From contig OZ255721.1 of NCBI GenBank assembly GCA_965277285.1, positions 1,088,001-1,152,000 on the forward strand: a stretch of 64,000 nucleotides of DNA, read 5' to 3'. Shown one piece after another: positions 20,182 through 28,207 of the stretch (positions are counted from its first letter, which is position 1; each line of letters starts with the position of its first letter). The position numbers and the translations under genes are program-made. This DNA is from Abditibacteriaceae bacterium (GTDB taxonomy: Bacteria > Armatimonadota > Abditibacteriia > Abditibacteriales > Abditibacteriaceae). The notes under the pieces were generated by a model, which ran no database searches, was not told the DNA's origin, and saw nothing but the letters and a program-made list of their open reading frames with translations.

Positions 20182-20424
20182 GTGATTGCATTGAACGAAG
20201 CAAAAAAGTCAGAGGAACGAAAAATGACAAATTTGATTGTCCGAATGGAAGAAACCGACAAAAATAACTTGGGCGATACGGCTCTTAAACTTGGCTTCAG
20301 TCGTCTTGAAAAAGGCGAAGTGAGAGGCAATGCGTCAATGCTCATCAACCTCCTGGCGCGTGCCCTGCCCGACAAGAGCGCGGAAGAAATCAAAGCGTTT
20401 TTGTTTGCATCGAAGGATAAGTAA
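20182..20424 (+). CDS. Small ribbon-helix-helix-like regulator
   Basis: GGGAGG near start; TNLIVRMEETDKNNL..NASMLINLLA pattern. Confidence 0.5.
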   Translation: MIALNEAKKSEERKMTNLIVRMEETDKNNLGDTALKLGFSRLEKGEVRGNASMLINLLARALPDKSAEEIKAFLFASKDK

Positions 20425-20561
20425 GGAGTACTCGATAGCGAATTATTCTAACTTTGATTGGTAATGCAGACGTGAAGTGGATGTTCGGGCGGCAGGACAG
20501 TTTTTCATTTGCCAACTGAGGAACGTGACTACATAGATTAAAGAAGAGGGGACGTAAAAGC

Positions 20562-21191
20562 ATGGCGAGTGAGGCACAATGGGGAGTTGTTGAATTGTTC
20601 GCTGGTGTTGGCGGCGTGACACAAGGGTTTGAAGCGCAGGGCGACTTCGCGCCCATCGCGTTGATTGACGTAGATGCCGACGCGCGTGACACTTACCTCG
20701 AAAACTTCTCGCTGTTTCCGCGCGAGAGCTACATTCGGCGTGATGTGCGCTCTATCTATGCGCCGCGTTTGCGCGATGTGGCTAATGGGCGTGAAATCTC
20801 CGGCATTCTAGGGTGTCCGCCCTGTCAGGGCTTTAGTCCAGCGGGCAAACGCGACCCCCAAGACGAGCGTAACCTTCTGATGCGCGACTATTTTCGCCTT
20901 ATTCGCGCCCTCAATCCCAAGTTCTTCGTTCTGGAAAACGTGCCACGCATCCTGACAGACGCGGCGTTCAAAGCGGAAGTCATTACATTACAATCAAAGG
21001 GCTGGCGTATTTGGTCGGGCGCGCTCAACGCTGCGCTTTATGGCCTGCCACAAACTCGACAGCGAGCTATTGCTATCGGCTTTCGCGGCGATTTAGGCAT
21101 TACACCCACGCGCCCGAAACCCACGCATGGGCGCGGCAATATCTTCGACTATGCAACGCGTGACTATGTATCGCTCGATGGTTGCCGATGA
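20562..21191 (+). pseudogene. Truncated C5-cytosine DNA methyltransferase
   Basis: Motifs I (ELFAGVGG), IV (GCPPCQGFS), VI (ENV) and VIII (PQTRQR) present; TRD and motifs IX/X missing. Confidence 0.8.
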
Positions 21192-21405
21192 CGCTGCGCG
21201 AAGCGGCGCAACGCCTTTACAAACCACGCGGGAGGGATGAGGCAGAGCGTTAAGTAGCCTATGATGCGTGTTGTCATGGCGGGTATAAATTATTGCACGA
21301 CAAGGAAGCGGCTCAGCCAAATAAACTTCATTGCGACTTGATTTATAAGTAAACGTTTGAAGTATAATCAGAAACGTACAAACGTCTGTTTGCAAAGAGT
21401 GCAAA

Positions 21406-21696
21406 ATGTTAACTATCAAACTTCCGACCACGGGTCGCGTAATTCACGAACTCAAATGTTTGGCCTGCGGCCACGCCTGGTTTCCGCGCGGCGTGAATGA
21501 GCGTCCTCTCCAATGTCCGCGTTGCAAATCGGCATCATGGGCGACCGGACGCCGCCGCGCGCCGCGCCGTACTGCCGCTGAAATCGAAGCGATTGAGGAT
21601 GCTACTGATGTTGAAGAATATCGCAAGCGCAAAGCGGAATCGAATCCGTCTGAACTCCGCACGTTGAACGATTTGAGGGCGGCTCTTGGCAAGTAA
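21406..21696 (+). CDS. Zinc-ribbon-containing antitoxin
   Basis: CLACGHAW..CPRCKS; C-term IEDATDV...LNDLRAALG; overlaps RelE. Confidence 0.65.
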   Translation: MLTIKLPTTGRVIHELKCLACGHAWFPRGVNERPLQCPRCKSASWATGRRRAPRRTAAEIEAIEDATDVEEYRKRKAESNPSELRTLNDLRAALGK

Positions 21697-21952
21697 GGGT
21701 TACAGTGTCCAGATTGATGCGCGCGCCTGGCGGGAGATTATGCGGCTTGGCGAGACCTCTCAAGACCGCATTTTCGCGGCTCTTGAAGCGTTGGAAGAGG
21801 AACCGCGTCCGTCCGGTGTTGTGAAACTTGAAGGCGAAGAAGGCATACTGTGTTCGCGTTGGGCAGTATCGAATCGTTTACGAAATCGAAGACGATGTTT
21901 TGATCGTGTTTGTGATTCGCGTTGGGAATCGGCGCGAGGTTTATAAAAAGAA
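21686..21952 (+). pseudogene. RelE/ParE toxin, frameshifted and abutted by IS1595
   Basis: EEPRPSGVVKLEG, then in another frame RVGQYRIVYEIEDDVLIVFVIRVGNRREVY. Confidence 0.75.
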
Positions 21953-21965
21953 GGTAATTATATAC

Positions 21966-21994
21966 TTGACACACGAAACCCGTTGTCTTATAAT
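21966..21994 (+). promoter_or_regulatory. Consensus promoter of the transposase, probably leaderless
   Basis: TTGACA-17-TATAAT with ATG 6 nt downstream. Confidence 0.75.
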
Positions 21995-22000
21995 TAGATT

Positions 22001-22945
22001 ATGAGTAACGAATTGTGTCCCCAAACCCTACAACAAGCCATCGAATACTTTGCCGATGAGGATACTTGTCACGCCTTCATGGTTTCGATGCGTTGGGTAA
22101 ACGGCGTTACTTGCCCTCGTTGTGGCTGCGAAGATAGCGGAAGAATCAAGTTTATCGAAACGCGCCGTATTTGGCGCTGTAACGCTTGCAAAAAGCAGTT
22201 CTCGGTGAAGGTCGGAACTATCTTTGAGGATAGTCCGTTGCCTATGAAAAGCTGGCTTGGCGCGGTTTGGATGATTGTAAACGCAAAGAACGGCATTAGC
22301 TCTTGCGAGATCGCGCGTTCGTTAGGCGTCACGCAAAAGACGGCTTGGTTTATGGCGCATCGCATTCGCTTGGCTCTGCAAGCTGGCTCTTTCGAGAAAC
22401 TAAAAGGTCAAGTTGAAGCGGATGAAACCTTTATCGGCGGCAAAGCCTCTAATATGCACAAAGCCGAACGCGAGAAAAAGATTAAGGGACGCGGCTCTGT
22501 GGGCAAAGCGGTTGTTCTGGGCTTGTTAGAGCGTCAAGACGGCAAGCCTTCAAAAGTGCGCGCAAAGGTTGTTAAGGACACTACAAGCGAGACTCTGCAA
22601 AGTGAAGTGCGCGAGAACGTGGAAGCGGGTTCTGAACTGTTTACGGACGCTTGGAAGTCGTATCGCGGTCTTGGCGTCGAGTATCAGCATCGCTTTGTTG
22701 ACCACGCGGTTGCTTATGTTGACGGTCAAGTCTCAACGAACGGACTTGAGAACTTTTGGTGTTTGCTCAAGCGCACCGTGAAAGGCACCTACGTTGCGGT
22801 AGATGCCCAACACTTGTTTCGCTATTTGGATGAGCAAGCCTATCGCTACAACAACCGTAAGAGCAATGATGCAGAGCGGTTTTTGAAAGCAGTGAAGTGG
22901 GTTAGCGGAAAACGATTGACACGTGCAGAATTAACATCGAAGTGA
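22001..22945 (+). CDS. IS1595-family transposase
   Basis: Zn ribbon CPRCG..CNAC; VEADETFIGGK, TDAW, STNGLENFW, YLDE..YRYN. Confidence 0.95.
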   Translation: MSNELCPQTLQQAIEYFADEDTCHAFMVSMRWVNGVTCPRCGCEDSGRIKFIETRRIWRCNACKKQFSVKVGTIFEDSPLPMKSWLGAVWMIVNAKNGISSCEIARSLGVTQKTAWFMAHRIRLALQAGSFEKLKGQVEADETFIGGKASNMHKAEREKKIKGRGSVGKAVVLGLLERQDGKPSKVRAKVVKDTTSETLQSEVRENVEAGSELFTDAWKSYRGLGVEYQHRFVDHAVAYVDGQVSTNGLENFWCLLKRTVKGTYVAVDAQHLFRYLDEQAYRYNNRKSNDAERFLKAVKWVSGKRLTRAELTSK

Positions 22946-23395
22946 TTAGGTATGTTTCAACTTGACTGGCCAAATTGCATGATGCAGGTCGAACCATACA
23001 ATATAAAACACATCCGACATATAAGAACCAAAAACCCTCGTCTTCTGCCCATTGACGCTCAACAAGGCAATTTGCCAGGGATTATCATTTAGGCACGCAG
23101 CATTCGCTGGCAAACCACTTTTTTCGATGGTTTTTGCCCAATCAACTTCGTGAAAATGCAAAGTTTCGCCCTGTGCTTTGAGTTCCATAAAAGTCTTCGC
23201 ATTTATATCCCCCAGACGTTGCAGAGCCAATTTCGTATGATCTTTTGACCAACAGGAGATACAATAAGCGTCTCCTACTGTATCGTAAAATTCAAAACTA
23301 AAAGTGACCTTCACGCCACGCAGTGTTTGCGATTGATTAGTAGAAATTCTGCCCTTCGCTGTCTCACGATTGGGCTTGGGTATTCTTTTACTCAT
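22946..23395 (-). CDS. RelE-like putative toxin (MAG6450-like)
   Basis: FSF...HFHEVDW...RVFG...FYIVWFDLHHAIWP; coupled to the Panacea gene. Confidence 0.55.
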   Translation of the reverse strand: MSKRIPKPNRETAKGRISTNQSQTLRGVKVTFSFEFYDTVGDAYCISCWSKDHTKLALQRLGDINAKTFMELKAQGETLHFHEVDWAKTIEKSGLPANAACLNDNPWQIALLSVNGQKTRVFGSYMSDVFYIVWFDLHHAIWPVKLKHT

Positions 23396-23842
23396 TTTCG
23401 GCCAAAGGAGTATATTGAGCGATGATGTCACTATCTTGCAGGACGCTGTTGGAAGAATCTGTTGGGCTTAAACCAGCACGAGCGTTTTTCCAAGGCAGTT
23501 CGTTGTGCGTTAGCGCAACAAGTTCAAAAGCATATAAAGGCATATAAGTCTCATATACCTCATCCAAAACCTCTTTGATGTTGCCAGGGATTTTCGACAC
23601 AAGGTTTTCCCTGCTATCAAGATTCCCGCTGGCATATTCTTCGGGAATAGGAGAAGCTCCATACACTTTTAGCTGGTGATATAGGCTTGGAATAACGGGG
23701 CCATTCGCCCAAGCGCAGATGTTTTCTTGGAACAAACGCTCATGTTCGATTGCCAGCGTCCAAGCATAAGCGTAGTAAACCAGTTAAGAGCACCGCTCAT
23801 TACTATGGGAGTAATTTCTTGGTTCCGTAAGGCGTTATTCAT
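23388..23842 (-). pseudogene. Panacea (DUF4065/SocA-like) antitoxin with a disrupted 5' end
   Basis: LVYYAYAW..AWANGPVIPSLY..LVALTHNELPWKNA; the ATG at 23842 is out of frame with this core. Confidence 0.7.
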
Positions 23843-24176
23843 GGCCATCGGCCTCAATAGCTTGTAATTCTTGCAGCAGTTCTTTTCTCTTCTCAGGCGA
23901 AATCTGTTTGTAAACGATACCGATGAGGTTTGCTGCAACCGAATGTGTAAGTAGAACTTGCGCTGCGACCCTAACAACAAGTTCTTGATGGGGATCGTCT
24001 TGTGGCGGAGTTAGGCGAGCAAAATCTATGCAAATGTCGTGGTCAGAATGAGTAACGCGCGCAATGTTAGAATAAACTATTGGAAATGCAGCAGGGTATT
24101 CCATGCGAAACTTAATCGACTGGGAGCCATCCTCAAGTTCAACTGCAATTTCATCGTCATACATTTTTTGACTCAT
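23835..24176 (-). CDS. DUF3467-like protein
   Basis: YSNIARVTHSDHDICIDF motif. Confidence 0.6.
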   Translation of the reverse strand: MSQKMYDDEIAVELEDGSQSIKFRMEYPAAFPIVYSNIARVTHSDHDICIDFARLTPPQDDPHQELVVRVAAQVLLTHSVAANLIGIVYKQISPEKRKELLQELQAIEADGHE

Positions 24177-24346
24177 TATTTCCTTTCAAGCAATTTTGGC
24201 GTGTTGCTATTTGACTTGGCCTTTTTCTGTATGCCAACAATTTCGCCTTTTGGCACCGTTAAAATCGTCTTCATCGCACGTTGAAACCGCGCGAGTTCGC
24301 TTTCCTGTCCGTTCTGTGTTTCTGGTTCATGCAAGACTTTAGCCAT
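24176..24346 (-). CDS. Small IS1595-associated protein
   Basis: ARFQRAMKTILTVPK; coupled to the next ORF. Confidence 0.45.
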   Translation of the reverse strand: MAKVLHEPETQNGQESELARFQRAMKTILTVPKGEIVGIQKKAKSNSNTPKLLERK

Positions 24347-24607
24347 GACACGCCCCTTCAATTGTCACTTATCCACAGGGTTATCTCTAAAAATGACAAT
24401 TATTCAAAATCACTTGACGTATTGTCGCACATATCGGCTCCGGTTATCAAGAGCGAAAATATAGGACATTAAGCGCGTTGCAGGCGCTAATTATATACTT
24501 GATATAGTTGAGAAAAGTAACCGTACCATCTAATTATCCCAGATACAGTGCATGAATGGCAAATATTCCCTTTTTGTGCGTGTAGTATATAATTACCAGT
24601 TATTTAT

Positions 24608-25231
24608 ATGGCTGCAACATTAGGAAGAAAAACAAAATACGATGAGCCTCTTTCTGAACCGATTCGCGTTCTGTTCACGGAAAGGCAATATCAGGATTTG
24701 GTAAAGCTGTTCGGCGCGTCCGAAATTTCAACGGCAATTCGTGAAATCATTTTGGGCGAGCGAGTACTCGAAGGTGCCCAAGTTATCGAAGTCGCGCCGC
24801 CGCTGTCGACCGACAAATCGTTTCCGCTGATTGGTTCGGCGATTTGCGGCCCGTGGGACGACGTGGTTTCGAGTACTTCGGACGTTCACATTCTGAGCGA
24901 ACAAACCGCGACCGAACTCGAAGCGCGCGACGGAGATGTCTTTGTGCGGGCGCGCGAAGAAAGCATGGAAGGCGCGGGGATTTTGGACGGCTCATTGGTG
25001 TTGATGCGCACTTTGCCACGCGCGCCACGACGCGGCGAAATCTGGCTGTTGCAGATTTTCGATGAGGAAGGCGGCTGCAAATCGACGATTAAACGGGTCG
25101 ATAAATGGAGCGAAACGCCTTCGGATGTGCGGTTACTGGATGGAAGCGATGAAGAGTACTCGACGGGCGAATTGACAGCGCCGATTGTTCCAGTGGCGAT
25201 TGCGCGTGGTGTGATTGGAGCGTTGCGGTAA
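24608..25231 (+). CDS. LexA/CI-like S24 peptidase repressor with a non-HTH (RHH-like) N-terminus
   Basis: PLIGSAICG cleavage region; ESM..AGILDG (Ser) and TIKR (Lys). Confidence 0.75.
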   Translation: MAATLGRKTKYDEPLSEPIRVLFTERQYQDLVKLFGASEISTAIREIILGERVLEGAQVIEVAPPLSTDKSFPLIGSAICGPWDDVVSSTSDVHILSEQTATELEARDGDVFVRAREESMEGAGILDGSLVLMRTLPRAPRRGEIWLLQIFDEEGGCKSTIKRVDKWSETPSDVRLLDGSDEEYSTGELTAPIVPVAIARGVIGALR

Positions 25232-25242
25232 AAGGAGCCTTT

Positions 25243-25308
25243 ATGCTTATGATTGTTTTGATCGCGGTGATCGCGGCGGCTGCTTACAAAGCGTTTTCGT
25301 CGCGGTGA
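25243..25308 (+). CDS. 21-aa hydrophobic peptide
   Basis: AAAGGAG RBS; MLMIVLIAVIAAAAYKAFSSR. Confidence 0.35.
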   Translation: MLMIVLIAVIAAAAYKAFSSR

Positions 25309-25427
25309 AGTTGGGGCATGGTTGGGGCGTTGCGGTGAGGGAAGCGCTCGAATAAAAAGTGCGATGGATGCTACAGAGCCAAATTTTTGAATTAAACCAG
25401 ATAAAAGTAAGCACGAACCAAAAGGAA

Positions 25428-26033
25428 ATGGCATTTTCTCATAGTCAACCGCAAACGGTGGATGAACTCACGCAGCGCAACATTGACACGATCATAGCAT
25501 TGGAAAGTGCTACCAAAGCCGAGCGCACTTACACCGAGCATTTTGCGGAAACCGTAACGCGCTTTTGCGGCTCGATCCGTTTCATCTGGGTGCACTTGAT
25601 CTGGATCGGCGGGTGGAGCGTTTGGAACGTTCTGCCAAAGCTGAAACCGTGGCGTTTCGATGCGTTCCCGTTTTTCTTCCTGTGCTTCATTCTGGCTGTC
25701 GAAGCGATTTGCTTAGCGTCTTTTATCCTGATGAACCAGCGCCTTGAAGCGAAAGTGAGCGAGCGGCGCAATCATCTCGATTTGCAGATCAATCTTCTTT
25801 CGGAACAGGAAAACACCAAGATGTTGCAAATGCTGTCGCAGATTGCAGAGGTCGTTGGAGCCAGTATCCATAGTGACCCCGACATCAAAGTGATGCAGGA
25901 AGCGGCACGCCCCGATAAAATGCTCCAGCAAATTGATAAAACTATCGCGCAAATAGGCGAACAGAAGGACGCGACGCTGAACGAAAAAGACGATGCAAAC
26001 GAGGAAAGCAAAGCGAACGACCAAGTTGTGTAA
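25428..26033 (+). CDS. DUF1003 membrane protein
   Basis: FCGS..F..VH..W; FDAFPF; EAI.LASFILMNQ; LDLQINLLSEQE. Confidence 0.9.
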   Translation: MAFSHSQPQTVDELTQRNIDTIIALESATKAERTYTEHFAETVTRFCGSIRFIWVHLIWIGGWSVWNVLPKLKPWRFDAFPFFFLCFILAVEAICLASFILMNQRLEAKVSERRNHLDLQINLLSEQENTKMLQMLSQIAEVVGASIHSDPDIKVMQEAARPDKMLQQIDKTIAQIGEQKDATLNEKDDANEESKANDQVV

Positions 26034-26063
26034 CAAGCTCAACCGCCTACTTCTGACTGACTC

Positions 26064-26417
26064 ATGACAGTTCTCCACCGTGTTCAATGGTCACCCTTCG
26101 TCTTGCGCGACGGTCGCATTTACGATGTGGTCGACGTGCGCGTGCTCGACGGTCGAGTACTCGATTACGAAGTGAACGTATTCCGGTTTTGCGAAGTCGA
26201 GATAACTCACCGCACGCGCGAATGGGACGCGATGGAGTTCCGCCATCTGTTTTATTTCTCTTCGCTCGACACACGAAAGTTCGAAGAAAACGAGCGGCGG
26301 ATGCACGAGCAAATGGCGCAGTTGTGTCGCGGTTGGACGTGGCAATATCTGTGCGAGCACGCGGCGCCTGTCCCCTTGTCTCGTTGCCATAAGGCGATTG
26401 TCAAAGAATGGCGCTAA
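26064..26417 (+). CDS. Hypothetical protein
   Basis: 117 aa ORF in a plus-strand run. Confidence 0.4.
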   Translation: MTVLHRVQWSPFVLRDGRIYDVVDVRVLDGRVLDYEVNVFRFCEVEITHRTREWDAMEFRHLFYFSSLDTRKFEENERRMHEQMAQLCRGWTWQYLCEHAAPVPLSRCHKAIVKEWR

Positions 26418-26449
26418 GTCGTCACTGATTTTGATGAACCGATAAAAAC

Positions 26450-27535
26450 ATGAAACTTTCCAAGCCCACCCACGAACTTTTTCCGGTCTCTGGCATAACC
26501 GAGCCAGACGCCACAAACCAGGCCATCGAAGATGCGGTGGCACGACAAGGCACGATCATTCTCTTGCCGCCCAGTCGTATCGTGCTCGGGAACGAGCAGC
26601 CGCGCACCGAGTTCGACCTGAATCATCTCCAGGAACTCGCGCTCAACATTTATGATCTGCGCGAGCGCAAGCGCGGCATCCAGCAAACCGGCTTTCTACA
26701 GCCGATCTCAGTCGGGTTGCCACCCGGCGTTTTCGATTTCAAAGGCCAACTCAAAAACACGGATTTCCAGTTTTTATTAAGTGGTCGCGGCGAAAACCGT
26801 TGGCGTAGCGCGACTATGCTTTCCACGACAGGCGTACTCGATAAACGCTTCGACGCGGTGGGCGAACTGCGTCGCGTCCCCGATTTACTGATCCCGGTTT
26901 ACATCGAAGATTTGCCCGAAGACGAAGCGTTTGAACTCGCCTATTACGAAAACAAAAAACGACGCGACCTATCGCCACTCGACGAAGCGCGTGCCCTGCT
27001 CCGCATCAAAACACAATACGAACTCAGCTTTCGCGGCCTGGCCAGTCGCATCGGCGAAGATTTGGGATACGTGCAGGCGCGGCTGGAATTAGTAAAAGCC
27101 GGGCCGGATGTGCAACAAATGGTGCTGCAGCGGAGCGATTCGCTCGACATCGCGCGCAAGATCGACAAAATCCAGTCACCGCAGGAGCGAGAAAAGTTGA
27201 TCCAGATGGTGCTGGATAAAAAACCAACGTCGGAAGTCCGCGCGCAAATTCAGCGGATTCGTGCTTTAGGTGAGGATGTCTCGGGCGATGACGCTTCAAA
27301 CGACGATCCGAGTACTCGAACACGTTTCGGGTCACCAAAGGAAGCAGGCGTTCAAACCGCCTCGCGTTTCGACCTGGATGACACGTTGACGTTTCTGGAA
27401 TCGCGCGCTCAAGAAACGCTGTCGCAGATGAAAAATGCCACGCTGTCAAAAAAACAAAAAACCGAGCTTTTGGAAAAAGCGCGCTACTGTCGAAAATTCT
27501 TTGAGCAAATGGAAGAATTTCTCGGTCGAAAATAA
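26450..27535 (+). CDS. ParB/Spo0J-like protein
   Basis: QPRTEFD, GFLQPI, GENRWRS, ENKKRRDLSPLDEA, HTH. Confidence 0.85.
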   Translation: MKLSKPTHELFPVSGITEPDATNQAIEDAVARQGTIILLPPSRIVLGNEQPRTEFDLNHLQELALNIYDLRERKRGIQQTGFLQPISVGLPPGVFDFKGQLKNTDFQFLLSGRGENRWRSATMLSTTGVLDKRFDAVGELRRVPDLLIPVYIEDLPEDEAFELAYYENKKRRDLSPLDEARALLRIKTQYELSFRGLASRIGEDLGYVQARLELVKAGPDVQQMVLQRSDSLDIARKIDKIQSPQEREKLIQMVLDKKPTSEVRAQIQRIRALGEDVSGDDASNDDPSTRTRFGSPKEAGVQTASRFDLDDTLTFLESRAQETLSQMKNATLSKKQKTELLEKARYCRKFFEQMEEFLGRK

Positions 27536-27632
27536 CGTGTAACGCCAAGGTGCAGCACCAGCGTCTTAACGCCAAGCGCAAATAACGAATCGTCGAAAGT
27601 GTTTCAAGTCATCAGTCTTGTGCGAAAACCGA

Positions 27633-27662
27633 TTGACAAAAAACACCGAAGTCAAGTAAAAT
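27633..27662 (+). promoter_or_regulatory. Promoter of the tRNA locus
   Basis: TTGACA-18-TAAAAT. Confidence 0.55.
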
Positions 27663-27693
27663 AAAGGGCTGTCGGATGTTTTGAAACGCAAAA

Positions 27694-27745
27694 GCGGGCC
27701 AAGCCTTCCAAACTGATGACGCGAGTTCGATCCTCGTCTCTCGCT
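27694..27745 (+). pseudogene. tRNA-Gly(TCC) remnant lacking the D-arm
   Basis: GCGGG start, CTTCCAA loop, intact T-arm GCGAG-TTCGATC-CTCGT, 3' CTCGC. Confidence 0.6.
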
Positions 27746-27809
27746 TTCTTACGAGTTCTCAGTTGCAGGTGCCATCCATTGAGAAATCAAAACTGAGAAC
27801 TTTCTCGTT

Positions 27810-27881
27810 GCGCTCGTAGCTCAATGGACAGAGCCGCAGCCTTCTAATCTGCTGATGAAGGTTCGATTCCTTCCGAGCGCA
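27810..27881 (+). tRNA. tRNA-Arg(TCT), CCA not encoded
   Basis: Acceptor GCGCTCG/CGAGCGC; D-arm; CTTCTAA loop; GGTTCGATTCC. Confidence 0.9.
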
Positions 27882-28207
27882 TCCTTCGCTTTCACGCCCT
27901 GCTCTGCGCGCTATTTCCGCTTCCACGCACTTTCCACTTGCATCACAAGGCTGGCCAGTTGACAAGTCAGCGGGCTTGTGTCATATTTCACAAAGTAGTT
28001 TTGATGGTCACCTTTTGTTGCCGGAAGCGAATGTGTTTGCAACGTTTTCTTTCGGCGAATTTTTATTGGAGAAGTTGTTGATTGAATGTGTCGAAGACAT
28101 TATTCGACAGCGCGCCTGATGAGTTCTCATAACGAGTACTCGAACGAGCAGATGGAATACGGGCAGACTGGAAATACTGCTCGGGCGCCGATTATACCTT
28201 TTTGATT

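Larger units (their letters stand above)
21953..24597. mobile_element. IS1595-family element carrying passenger genes
   Basis: 14-bp terminal IRs GGTAATTATATACT (21953-21966) and AGTATATAATTACC (24584-24597); no TSD recognised. Confidence 0.75.
1..27745. mobile_element. Defective prophage-like/accessory region (left end outside window, right boundary uncertain)
   Basis: Co-oriented minus-strand tail-like ORFs, phage-type replication pseudogene, ParB-N protein, S24 repressor, TA modules and several frameshifts; ends at a tRNA remnant plus tRNA. No capsid, terminase or integrase is visible in the window. Confidence 0.6.

Noticed and set aside
20562..21191. C5 methyltransferase as the writer of the palindrome, or as a split two-subunit enzyme
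   Set aside because: Truncated before the TRD so specificity is unknowable; no ORF with motifs IX/X follows; it lies in a motif-free segment
26450..27535. Chromosomal parABS locus
   Set aside because: No adjacent parA and no canonical parS seen
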